Assembly (NCBI GenBank): GCA_016748015.1
Contig: JAAOMT010000664.1
Location: forward strand, 194,715 to 258,714
Length of the DNA stretch: 64,000 bases
Direction of reading: 5' to 3'
From: Geosiphon pyriformis uo1
Lineage: Eukaryota > Fungi > Glomeromycota
Of the stretch, positions 12,758-25,481 are shown in pieces. The notes beneath the pieces were generated by a model. That model made no database searches and was not told where the DNA came from. It was given only the letters and a program-made list of their open reading frames with translations. Every line of letters starts with the position of its first letter. The first letter of the stretch is position 1. The position numbers and the translations under genes were made by a program.

Positions 12758-15197
12758 AGGAAGTAATCTTTTATCCACTTTTTCAAATTTCATGACCACG
12801 AATAGAGCTAAGAGTAAAAAAGTTGCAAACGTTACTTTTCCTATAGTAACTAATAAAGTTTCAACACAAGAGAGTCTCTCTGTTATTGAAGCAGCTAGAC
12901 AAAACGTTCTGGCAACATTTTCTTTAAAAAATAATAGTAATAAGCTGCCTTTAGCAGCTTCTGGTTTATTTTCTTCACCTTTGGCTGGTAGTTCTTCCCC
13001 AGTCAAAGTTCCTTCAAAAAAACACATTTGGGTTAGTCCCAGTGTTGTCTCTACTACTTCAAAAAGCCCAAAGATTTTTAATAACAGGCCAGTCAACAAG
13101 TTGGTCTTTCCTGCTCTCACCACTCCCACTATTACTTCTATTATTACTGCTTCACAAATGGCCATGAAAGCCAAAAATTCCAAAAAACAGCAGCAGGCAG
13201 TCACAACTGCTATGGTCACACCGAACCCCTTTATAGTGCCAGATGAGATCTTCAGTAAGATCTCCACAGCAGCAGCCAGCCCTATTCCTGATATGGATGG
13301 CAACAGCAGCAGCACATCTTCCAAGTTGGGCCAAGATCAACTACTGGCTGTGTTGCCTGATGTGGTACTCTCCAGCAGATTATCACCAATTCCAGTAGCA
13401 AAATGATCTATCAATCCAGATGATTTCAAAGATTGGGCTGATCAGATGGAAATGGAATCATCTGTGCCCTTCCCAGTTTTTGGTGCATCTGATGCTGGTG
13501 CCTGGGAAAATGTGAATGGACATCAAAGGTTTTCTGGTTGGGTGGCCTCCAATCTTGTACCTGGTACTACATTTAAGATTAAGATGGCTTTGCTCAGTTT
13601 TTTGTTTCAGTTAATGCCTGGTTGTATTGGGCTTAAATCTGTTTTATGAGATGCTGTCAAGTTGTTCTGTGTGGAATTTGCATCTCAGGAGTGTTTAAAT
13701 GGTGCTACCAAAGTGGCCATTGGTGATGAAGTTTTTTTGACCACTCTTAAGATTGCAAGGTCTTTGGGAGTGGCCTCTGTTTCTTCCCCTTCTTTGTTGG
13801 TTGCACTGCACAATGTACCCTTGGGTGTCTCTTCTGATGACATCAAATCTGCTCTTGGCATTTTTGGTGTTGTCACTTCTGTTAAGTTGAAGCCTGCTGG
13901 CTTATAGCAATATGCTGTGATTAACATTAAGGACATTTCTTCTGCTGCTGCTGCTCTCTCTAACTGGTTTGTGTTGGTCAGAAAAGATAATGTTAGGATT
14001 CTTTCCATTGTCAACCAAAAGGAGGTTATCTCCTTAAGAGATGCTTTCAAGGCTAAGCTGGTTAATCTTCCATTTGGCTGCACTGCATTTGAGATAAGTG
14101 ATTTGGTTTCCCAAGTTGGTGGCCATACATGTTTCATTCTCCGCTCCCTTGATTCCTATTGACGTCAATGCTTTGCTGTGGTGACCTTTGATTCCTTGGA
14201 ATCTTTAAATGCTGCTGTTTCAAAAACTGGTACCTTACATGGCTGCCGCATCTGGTGGGAAACTCCTGGATGTCGTTGCTGCTATAGATGTCAAAGTTTG
14301 GATCATTTGGCTGTGGACTGCAAGGTATTGCCACCTCTCTCTCCCAAACTCTCTTCTAATTCTGCTGGTGGTTCCATTTTTCTCAAGTCATCTCTTGTTG
14401 GAGCTAAATCTTATGCCAAAGCTGCCACCTCTGTGGTTCCTCTTGTTGCTGCTGCTGCTGATATGGGTCTGGCTTTCAGTACCTCCCCCAAAGTTGTGGT
14501 GCCACTGTTGCCGGTTGTCTCCTCTGATTCAGATGTTGCTGTTAATGCTAGATTGGCTTCTCTGAAAACCCAACTTAGTAAACTGTCTTTGTTGATCAAA
14601 TCTATAGTTGAGCCTGTGGGTTCTTTGGTTGCATTGGTTACTACATTATTGTCTATTCCACCAGTAATAGCAGAGGCAATGAAAGAAAGTGTAATTGGAT
14701 TGAAAAACCAAATTAAGGCTGTTCATGCTGTGGCTTCTGTGCTACAAAAGGAAGTGGGAGCCCTCAAGTTGAGGAGTGAGAAAGTACACTATAACATATC
14801 TGATGATGAAGACATGGATGATAATGATGATGATGATGATGATAATGGTAATGCTAAAAATTTTTTGGTCTATGATGATACATTTGATCCGATAATGGAG
14901 TTATGGAAGGTTCAATCCTTTAATATCAAGTCTGATCCAGATCAGACGGCTAAGTGAATAAGCAGTTTTGTTAAAAGTAGTCATGAACTGGTATGCATTA
15001 TGGGTAAGATGTATGAATTAGATATGTTTAATACATTAGATAGCAAAGATAATGCTAATGTGTAGTTAGGGCTTTTTGCTTGTGGTTAGCCGCATCTTGT
15101 AATATGTATTATTGGGTAAACTGGCTTTATGAAACCACCACATTACTGTGAACTAACTAATAAATGACTGGCATGGCTACATATTGACAAAAAAAAA
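12758..15197 (+). mobile_element. ORF1-only poly(A) retroposon, copy 4, complete with 16-bp TSD
   Basis: TSD ATATTAACTGGTATAT (12742-12757) / ATATTAACTAGTATAT (15198-15213). AATAAA at 15159 and poly(A) from 15189. Removing the element restores the family C frame GSTSRVDIPVNMVEEE. Confidence 0.93.
12792..15065 (+). pseudogene. LINE-ORF1-like protein (~757 aa: low-complexity N-terminus, tandem RRM-like domains, CCHC knuckle, coiled coil, acidic tail)
   Basis: One frame from ATG 12792 to TAG 15063-15065 with five in-frame stops (13404, 13647, 13905, 14160, 14955) and no frameshift; knuckle CYRCQSLDHLAVDC. Confidence 0.85.
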
Positions 15198-15213
15198 ATA
15201 TTAACTAGTATAT

Positions 15214-15613
15214 CTACTCTACTTGTTGATCCAAATCCCTATATCCCTCTAGCTGTGATTTCTAATTCTTTCTTGTTTCCCACTAACACTAACTGAACTA
15301 TTTTGACCAGAGGCAGGAATATTGTCTGCGCTATCTTTTCATTTGGCTCTATTACATAGGTCTTTTCTGAATTGTTTTGTAGCATAGTAATGATATTTTC
15401 CATATATCTTATGTCAATTATTCCTCCTCTGATGTTGATTTCTCTTTTTGCTAGACTACTTTTAGATGCTAGTTGAACCATTGTGGTTGCTGGAATTTCC
15501 AGTGCTATTTTCAGATCAATGCAAGTGCGCAAATGTGGTTCCAATTTGATGGCATCTTTTTCCAGATATCTCAAATCAAACCCTGCATCAGTATTATGCA
15601 CATGCTCTGGCAT
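15214..15613 (-). pseudogene. dUTPase domain of family C pol
   Basis: Trimeric dUTPase motifs: DAGFDL, QLASKSSLA, GGIID..Y, EKIAQ, RGI*GFGST. Confidence 0.9.
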
Positions 15614-18600
15614 AATATCTTAATTATTATTACTGAACCACTTTAGTTCCTGCTTCTTGGTAAGGTCAGGAAGTACAATATATCATTTGTAGTTTGAATT
15701 GGAGTTTGAATCTGAGTTGGAATTGTTGTCATTGTTATTGCTATTTTGAATGAAGCTGAAACCATTATTTTTATCATCATTATTGTTGGAGTTTGAATCG
15801 GGATTGGAAACTGATTCCAATTCTGATGTGCAGCTGCTGATTGGTTTTTTTCTTCTAGAATTGTGTAGATCATATGGATCAGTGAATTGTAAATAAGATC
15901 ACACTCATTACAATATTGAAAGTCATATGGGATCAAACAGTGGTCACATAGTTGAGTGTTTAGCTGTGCTAGCTGCTGCTCCTGCTCCTCTTTTGTGGAT
16001 GCCAAGTTTTGGTAATGCTTATGGAAGTCTTCTGGATTGGTTTCTATGTCAAGAAAGGCATCTGGATTTGGAACAAGGATGATGTTAATCTGTTTAGACA
16101 GGTTGTTTTTAATTTTCAGAATTTCACTGGGCGTGGCTTCTTGAACTTTGGTATTTGCCATTTGCCAGATCTCATCCTTGTCATGTGGGTAGCCATCTAA
16201 TCAGTTAATTGCCCTCTGTCAAGCTGCTATTATAGGCATACCACAACTCATCCAGTCACTGATGAGAATTGTGTACTGGCATGAAGCATTGTATGTTCCT
16301 TCTCAACCAGGAATGTCGTTCCACATCCCTTTGTCGAGTAGCTGTTCATCACAAGCAAGACATAGTTTATTGTCTCACTTGCCTTAGCACTTTGGATATC
16401 CATAGCATTCACGATAGCATGGTTTGCAGTAATAATGTGTTCGCGTCCAGTGGTCTTCATCTGGCATGATCTATGCTCTCATGGAAGAGAGTTTTTTTCC
16501 ACAGTCTTTGCATTTAAGTGGAATAAATGGTGGCTGTAATAATGGCTGGCAAATGGAGTATGAGCTTGTCTATTCTTTGGTTGTGTCTTTTATGGATTCA
16601 ATTTCTCCAAATACATTTTCTTCTTTTTTCTTCCCTTTCCTTTTTTCCTCCCAGCTTATTGTTGGTAGTAATTCACTTTGGCTGTTGTTGGTCCAAGCAT
16701 CAATGGTGATTCCCCAGATATGTTTTTCTTTTTGTTTTCCTTTTTTATTGTCATTGTCATCCCAAAAGAGTATTGGTGGTAGTTTGTTGTGGTCGTTGTC
16801 AGCCCACGAGACTTAAAAGGCTTCTCAAGTAGGTTTTTTTTCTTCTTTCTCAAACTCGATGAGTGGTGCTGGCATGTTGATGGTCTTGAAGTGGCCACAC
16901 ATGGCTGGTACATGTATATGTTAACCATTTTGGCTGAGTTGGAGCTCTTGTGTTGTCCAATCCAGTATGGCATTTGTTTTAATGAGCCAGTTATTACCAA
17001 CTAGTGCTTGATATTGAGTGGCTTCTATTACCAAAATTTTGATAGGGACTATGATGCCATTAATTTTAAAAAAGAAGTCATCAATCTCGTCAATAGGAGT
17101 TTTGGTTGCTTCATTGGCTGTGATGATCCTTGTACTGGCAGCTCTGTCAACTCGGTAACCTAATTGATCTATGAGTTGTTTAGTGATAATGCTGCCAGCT
17201 GATCTACTATCCAGGATCAGTTTGATATACTGACTATCAACTTTAGCATCAGTATACATTGTGGTTATTGGTTTGGTGTTCAAAGCAGCTTCACTAAATA
17301 ATGGAACTATGTGATTTCCTCAAGTTCAAATGGGAATATGGCAGCAAGTGATTCATCTTCGGTGCTGGCAGCTGGTGGAATGTTGTGGGTAAGTGGTTTC
17401 TGGTTGGTTTTCTGTTTGCTGGATGCAGTATCTTCTGGGGTAACCAGAAGACTTAAGTAGTTCTGGGAACTTGGGTTTTGGTTATATCCAGTTTCTGAAC
17501 TCTGCTGGTGTGATTCTAATGGTTGATTTGTTGAACTGAAGATCAGTTGGTGAACCATCATTGCCAATCTCCAATTTTGGGTTACTCTGGATCTGGGATT
17601 TTTGGATGTTATCATAGCTGGGTTTTGTGGCGGTGTTTGAATTAATTGTTGTGGTTAATAGACTATTTGTGGCTGTGGTTGATATATTACAGGTGGCTGC
17701 AGTTGATATATTTAAGGTTGATATACCAGTGTTTGATAGATTGGTGACAGCATTATTGGCAGGTAAGTAGATTGATATTGATTTTGATTCGAGTAATGAT
17801 TCGGAGTTGGGAACCAGCGATCAGGATTCCAATATTGATTTTCCAATTGTGGGTTACTATAAGCACAGCAATCAGTTTTAAGGTGACCTTGTTTACCACA
17901 GTTGTGGCAAATTCGCATTTCTTATTGCCATGGCTGATTTGTTGATGATAATGGACGTGACTGATTTTGGAAACAATTTGCATTTTCCTGATTATTATGT
18001 CATTGAGGAGACTGATAAATTGGGCAATTGTCAGCTAAGTATCTCTCTAATTTCTGATTAATGGAATCACTAAATTGTTTCAGTTTAGAATCCAAGTCAG
18101 ATGATCTATTCATTACTAAATTTACAGCTTGGATGTGGTTGGCTTCTAACTCAGCAGCTTCAAAATCTCTAGCATGAATGACTGCAGTAGGAAGATCTAC
18201 TAGATGCATCGGACATACTCATTGGAGTATGTTGCTGTATAAGCCTCTGATGAACTGATTTAAGATTTGTGGTGCTGTAAAGTAATCAGCTTGGATAGCT
18301 TAGATTTGGCACAGATTTCTGTGAAAGCATCCCAAGTAGGTGGTGACTGCTTTTGTGTCCTTTTGTTTTAGGGTGGTGAAAGTACTTGCCAGACAGTTGA
18401 TGCTGTTATTATCACTAAAATATCTTAAGAATTCTGTTTTAAATGCATTAAAATTTTGGAGTTTCTGGGCCAAGCTATGATACCATGAATTGACAGTATT
18501 CTTTAGGAAATATGAGATGACTTGTATAGTTCTTGCATCATCCCAATTATTTGCAGTAATGGCTTTGGCAATGTTATTGATCCATGCCTGGGTATTGTTC

Positions 18601-19708
18601 TCTTTGCTGGTGAACTTTTCAAGTTTTGTGATTAGTGCAAAAACCATTGGTGTGATTGGTTGCTGTTGTTGTATTGGTAGTTAAAACAGTTGTTGTGATT
18701 GCTGAACCGGTTGCTGGATAAGTTGCTGTAGTGGTGGCTGTTGAAGGGGTATTTGCTGCTGTTGAATCAGTTTGATAATTAGTTCAATTGGTGGCTGATT
18801 GATGACAATATTTAGAGGTAAGTTTTGTTGATTAATTAAGTCGGGGTTTTGGTCATTCTGATTTGGCAGAGTTTTGATTTCTGGATTTTCTAGATTTTGA
18901 TCTTACTGAGTTTGAAAATTCGGGGTCACAATATCTGGGTTCTCAGTAATTGGGTTTTGGTAAGTGAATTTTTGATTTTCAGATTCTTCTTCCTCTTCTT
19001 CTTGTTCTTTTTCCAATTTGGTTGGTTCCCATGGATCAGTAATTCTGAAATCTGGTTGAGATGGTAGTGATCAAACTCTTGATGGTATTGGTAATCTTGA
19101 TTTGAATCCCTTGAAGTATGTGCCATATGGTCCTAATAGATCTTTTTTTTTTTGTTTACTTTGGAATGGAAATTGTTCAAATATTAATGTTGTGTTTAAT
19201 ATAGACATGCCTGCTAATGCAATATTGATGGTGCTTCCAGAAGTATAATGATATGATGGATTTGTAGATGATTCAATTCTGTGTTTCTTCTAAGTAAGTG
19301 GTTGGATCCGTTAAGGTGTTACTGCTGGTATTTGTAATTTTTTTTTGCCTTTACTGGCATAAGTGATTGGGTATCTTTGTTGTATATGATGTTCAATTTT
19401 TTTATTAATCTCAGTGATGATGGATGTGAAATTATAATTTATTGGTAAGCTGGTGTTTTGGATTAATTCATGGTAAAAAGTTTTTCTTACTGATTCAGTA
19501 TTTACTGATGTTCCTAACAAATAAGCAATTCTTTCATTGACGTAGAAATTGAAGGCTGATTCTGCTAATATCTGATTGTAATTCAATCCCAAGTGTTGAC
19601 AGTAGTGTTGAAATAAGAATTTTGCAAATCCTAAATGGTTTGCTCCTATACTTTCTGATTCTGTCACTGTTGATTTATTTGTTGGTGCTGGTTTTCTGTA
19701 AGATTATA

Positions 19709-19725
19709 CCTCACAGAGAGCACCA
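19709..19725 (-). promoter_or_regulatory. Primer binding site, family C
   Basis: TGGTGCTCTCTGTGAGG, 2 nt after the LTR end; identical to the family A PBS at 43589-43605; complementary to a tRNA 3' end ...CCUCACAGAGAGCACCA. Confidence 0.85.
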
Positions 19726-19727
19726 AA

Positions 19728-20592
19728 TATTACAGATGATTATTTGGTTGTTGGAGTAAATAACAAACCTGTAACTTGGTGTTCAAAACTGTTGTTGATG
19801 ATGGAAATCTAAAGATGTGTTTATCTGAAGGTTTTGGTTGAGTTCTTTGTATAATGGACAGAGATTCAGTGGTAATAATTTTATCCATAGCTTTCTGAAA
19901 CTGCAGTTTTGTCAATTTTTTTCTCAGCATGATGGCTGGTGTTTCTCCTGGTAAGCTAACCTCAATCAAGTGTCCTACTCTTATTTCTGAGTCTTTTACC
20001 AGTGCTATATCCTGACATTAGTACTCCATGTATTAATCCTCAATAGAGTTAGTAATAACAACAATTAAAACATGAAAATAAAAGAAATAACATAAAGAAA
20101 TAAGCTAAGGCAATGAACAAGTTAGTATTCTGTTAATAGCCATGATCAAGAGCTATTGTTCTAGTGTGGTTAAGTATCAATTACTATCAACATAAAGTGT
20201 TGATAATGGAGAGTGGATTTGGATGATGAATGATTTATTTATTTAATATTTGTAAATAGAAGATTTCTAACTAAAAGATTCTGCTTTTCTACTTTTAATG
20301 CTACTGCTATATATACATAATTGATGTTCTACAAGATTGCTCATATTTCCAAGCGATTTGCTATGATTTCTTGAGCAATGCTCATATTGCTGAGTAATGT
20401 GCTCTAATTTTCTAATATCGCTCCACATTGCTGAGCAATATGCCATGATTTTTGACATTGCTTTACATTGCTGAACAATGTGCCATGATTTCTGACATTG
20501 CTCTACATTGCTGAGCAATGTGCTCATGTGCTAAATACTATTCTCTCATTGGTCTGCTATTTTCTATATCTGTTTTCTTTTTATGAATAACA
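19728..20592 (-). repeat. Family C 5' LTR (~865 bp)
   Basis: Starts TGTTA and ends TGTAATA (decayed TAACA) next to the PBS. Contains a 40-bp tandem array, TATA at ~20310, and a U5 homologous to solo LTR 38383-39293. Confidence 0.85.
20381..20528. repeat. 40-bp tandem repeat with palindromic core in family C LTR U3
   Basis: Units start at 20381, 20421, 20461 and 20501; core ACATTGCT-G-AGCAATGT. Confidence 0.85.
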
Positions 20593-23500
20593 GTGCACCT
20601 CCAAAGGGTAAGAGTGCAAGCCAACCAAAAGAAAACCCCTTTTATGGTTTTAACCTAACTGATAATGATCATAATATAGATAAACTGGCAATTAACACCT
20701 CTGACTTAACAAAAAAAAAGAAGAAAGCCAAGATTGATTTCGTTCTAAATCCCAACAAAGTCTTAACTTCTGCTGCTGACAATAATAAGCCACCAAAAAC
20801 TAAGGTTTTTAAAAATTCTTCAAAGTTGGAACCTCCAGAAATAGTACAAAAATCTGGACCCTATTCTGTTGTTAAAGATTTTATATAAACCCCAGCACAT
20901 ATTACATTTGGCCAACTAATGATCCATCTACAGTTCAGAAAAGATCTTCACAAATCATTGATACCAAAAAAGAAGACACCAAAAACCAATAAGCATCTTT
21001 GTTAAGCTGAACTTGCTGACAACAGCAATGTTATTCCTCTGATTTGCAAAGCCCAAGTGGCTGGCTACTTTATTGATTTAATTCTAAACAGTAGATCATC
21101 TGTCAATGTAATTGCCAAACACTTTCTAGAAGCCATTGGAAGAAAAATTGATGAATCTTCCACCTGGTCTATGACCAATGTACATGGTGACAAAAAAAAA
21201 AATCTGGGTATAGCCAAAGCTGTTTTTGTTCACATCAATGGTATTAGCATTGAAACAGACATGGAAGTATTTGAAGCAAAAGAGTATACTATTATTGTTA
21301 GTAATGAGTGGCTTAAGAAAGCCAAAGCACTACTTGACTATAAATTTTGCAAACTAACCATCAGATGTGATAAAAAACTTATTGTAGTTAAATGCTGTTA
21401 TTGAACAACTCTTCTAGCAACCAAACAGAACCAAGAAGAAGAACAATCAAATGAATCAGATGATAATAAGAGTGATGATAAAAATCAAAAAAAACCAGAA
21501 GAAACTGCTGAACTTGCCTATACTATCTTTACCAGCAATGGCAAACTATTGGACAATGTTAAAGCTGACAAAGAAGAAATCATAGTAAATGACAAGCTAA
21601 TCTGCTGGCCCTACTATAATATCCTCAGAAGAACCTTTGACAGAAAATCTGGCAAGAAAGCCAAATACAGTTATTGGTGGCATGGCCTTTGTGGATGGTG
21701 CTGGTGTAATAAACCTTTGTATTTATCAAGTGATAAATGCAAATTTTGCCTGATCTATTACAAAAATTGAAAACCAATTAGCTTGATACCTTGAGAAGAA
21801 CTTAAAGAAGTACAAAAGTTTTTTGAGAATAAACCATCTAAAATTCAATCACTAATTGTAGAACAAAGAGAACCTTCCCCTAAAGAAAAAAAAATTGACA
21901 TTAAAAATCTGTTGGCTAGAAATAGCCCAGTTATTTCAAAAGAAAATTACACTCCTGAACAAACCCATGTGATACAACACACTATCACTACAAAAGAAAC
22001 TCATCTCATCCATTTGAAGCCTTATCAATCCAATTGACACAATGATAAGTTTATTAAAAAAGAAATAAACTGGATAAAAAATCTTGGATTCATACAAAAA
22101 ACCAAGAGTAAATGGGCTTTTTCAGTTGTAGTGGTATCCAAGAAAGATGGAACCCTACACTTCTGTGTTAACTATTGCCAACTAAATGCCATCACTATAA
22201 GAGACATGTACTCACTTCTCAAAATTAATACAATGCTAGATAAATTCAATAGTGCTGCTTTTTTCTCAACCATTGACTTAATTGCTGGATTCTGGCAAGT
22301 AGAGATGGATCCAGAAAACAGAAAGAAAACTGCTTTCATTACCAAGTATGACACTTATGAATTCACAGTCATGCCTTTTGGTCTTACCAATATTCCTTCT
22401 ACCTTTCAACATCTAATAGATAAAGTGTTTAAATCAATAAAAAAAAACTTTGTTCTAGTTTACTTAAATAACATAATGGTATATTCAAAAACCTGAGATG
22501 AATACCTTGAACATTTACAAAAGGTTTTTGACCTGCTCAAAAATGCTGGTCTTAAGATCAACCCAATCAAATCTTTTTTTGGATGCCAATCTACCCAGTT
22601 TTTTGGACATTTTATTACAAAAGATGAAATCTTTCCTGATCCAGCTAAAGTCAAAAAAGTTTAGAACATTAAACAACCAATAAATGTTCCTGAACTATGC
22701 TCTTTCCTTGGTTTGGCTTCTTACTATCGCAAATTTATCAAAGATTTCTCTAAAATTGCCTTTCCTCTTAATCAGCTACTCAGGAAAAATGTTAATTATC
22801 ACTGGGGCATTCATCAACAAAAAGCTTTTGAAATTCTGAAGAAAAAACTTGTTACTGAACTAATTTTCAAGTAACCTAATTTGGACCAACTTTTCATTCT
22901 TCACACTGATGCATCTGGCTATGGACTTGGTGCTGTTCTTTTACAGAAAAATAAAAATGACAGAGAACATGGCATAGCATATGCCAGTAGATCTTTTACA
23001 CCAGCAAAAAAAAACTATTCAGTTACTAAACAAAAATGTCTAGCAGTAGTTTGGGCTACTAGCTACTGGGATCAATATTTTTTTGGTGCAAAATTCTTAG
23101 TGGTAACAGATCATCAAGCCTTGATTTGGCTGTACAATAAAAAAAAGCTAGAACACAAACAAATAACTTGCTGGATACTCCACTTGGATGAATTTGACTA
23201 TAATATTCAACACCACAAAAGAGCAAATTATCAAAAAACTAATGCTCTCTCTAGACTTACCATCCAATAATAGTACAACTTCTCAAACCAAACCAACTTA
23301 ATTATTAGTAACTCTTTTACAAACAAACATGATAATAGATTTGAACAACTATTTTGCCTTAATGAAATTTTTGGGTAAAGAACAATACCTATCAAAATAC
23401 ACTCAACAGCAAAGAGAACATTTGCACAAACAATTAAATTTCTATTTGATCTGTCAGAACCAATTATATAAAAGAAACAGAAAATATCCTGACTGTCCTC

Positions 23501-24522
23501 AAAGAGTTATTAGATTTGAAGAAAAAGAAATTGTAATATACAACATGCACATTGACCCATTAGCTAGACACTTTGGAAAAACAAAAACAATTCAGAAAAC
23601 TTTAACTTATTATTATTGGCTTACCTTGGAAAAAGACATTGCTGAATACATCAAAACCTGTGACATCTGCTAGAGAAAAAGCAAACCCAATCACAAAGAA
23701 GATATCCATTCAATCTCTGTTGGTTAACTATTTGACAGAATTGGTATAGTGTTGTTGGACTTTTAACAATAATTCCTGATGGCAACAGATATATTATCAC
23801 AGCTACTGACTATTTTACAAAATAAGTAGAAGCAAAAATCACCTCAGACCAAACAGCAGTCTCAATAGCCAATTTTATTTATAAAGATATTATTTGCTGT
23901 CATGACTGCTTCAAAAAACTTTTATCTAATAGAGGAAGAGCTTTGCAGGAAAATGGGAATATATCACAAACTTTTTTCTCCTTATCACTCCCAAACAAAT
24001 GGTCTAGTAAAATGTTTTAATAGAATATTATGTAAAACCCTAGCCAAAACCAATAAAGAAACAAACTTATGGGACAAAGTACTGCTTTCAGCTTTGTTTG
24101 CTTATAGAACTGTAAATCATAACATAACAAGTTATGAATCTTTTTATCTGCTCTATGGATGCATAGCAACACTACCAATAGAAACTGACATTGAAACAAT
24201 ATCCTTTGAAGAAATTACAATAGGAAATTACAAAAATATTTTGCAAAGAAGACTTGGTACCATTCTTGACTCCTTAGTAGAAGCATAAATAATTGCTTTT
24301 AAAAAGATAAAACAGTTTTAAAAAAAGCTTAAAAGAAAGAAAACTTATAAAACACTTTCTTTAAGTGTTGGTAACTTGGTATTGGAATACTGTTCAGACA
24401 GAGACAATGTCTATGGTGATAAATTCTCTAGCTAGTGGAAAAGTCCTTTTATAGTCAACAAAGTTTTGAACAATGGTTCTTATATTTTTTAAGATTAATC
24501 TGGAACAATCTTCAATGATTGT

Positions 24523-25480
24523 TGTTACCAGTGGAATTTTAGCTATTAATTAGCATGAAATTATCTTCATAATTCTTATTATTAAGTAACATATTATTAT
24601 CATTTCGATTATTACTTATTAATTAGCCAATTTATCAAATATTATTACTCAATCAATAACTCGATTTGTACTATAAAAATTAAGATGCTCAAATTACACA
24701 ATATCCTGAACCATTTAATATAGTCAAAATTCGCCGAAATTAATGGAAAAATTGCCGAAATAATCAATAATTCGTAGAAATAACTTGTAGTTTGCCAAAA
24801 TGTATCTTTAGTTTACCCAAATTGTAGAAAAAAGAAAAGTGCAAGTTCAAAGACTAGTACTACAACAAGTTGTATAAAAAAAGAGCTTTTCTCTTCAAGA
24901 AAATGTATCTTTTCCATATTTTACCATAGTATTTTACTTTAGATATCTTAATTGAAACAAATTACTTTTTACAAAATCAAATAAAAATTAAATATTCAAA
25001 AACCAAATCCTCATAATTATTACACTTAAAATTCCCTTAAACACAACTAACATTTTGAAATTGATTAGCTACCAATTTCAATAAGCTGTTAGTGATTTCA
25101 GGCCTGAATAGAAAACGTTTCTCTTAATAAAATTCTATTTCTTTTACATTTCTTTTATTTTCTTATCATAATTATTAGGGTAGCCTATAGATGAGATTCC
25201 TGTAGAAGAGTTGACTTTCACAGCAAAATAACTATGCATTTTAGTGAGCTTCCAGATGAGCAATTCCTGAGAAAGAGTTGATGTTTACTACAACATAACT
25301 ATACAAAGTAACTGGCACAGAATTGGCCATTCCACTTATAAGCCCAGCAGTTCAAATTATAGGAAATAATTTGAAGATAAATTCAGTTATTGGAGGTTCA
25401 ACTACTTCTAGAAAACGTAAATTTACAACAAACAGACATTAACAACATTCAAAAAAAGAGACCAAAAACCTCCAGTAACA
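24523..25480 (+). repeat. Family B 5' LTR
   Basis: Direct repeat of 33420-34376; TG...CA termini. Confidence 0.95.
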
Positions 25481-25481
25481 T

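Larger units (their letters stand above)
10688..20592 (-). mobile_element. Gypsy family C, 3'-truncated: 5' LTR, PBS, gag, PR, Cys-rich domain, dUTPase, RT, RNase H, start of IN; interrupted by retroposon copy 4
   Basis: LTR 20592-19728; capsid-like 18647-18000; knuckle CHNCGKQGHLKTDC ~17910; PR LILDS ~17220; dUTPase 15613-15214; RT (MPFGLTNAPATFQ, VVVYLDN) 12122-11466; RNase H to 10935; many stops. Confidence 0.9.

Noticed and set aside
20381-20528. CRISPR-like palindromic repeats
   Set aside because: Units are tandem with no unique spacers, lie inside an LTR, and there are no cas genes in this eukaryotic context.
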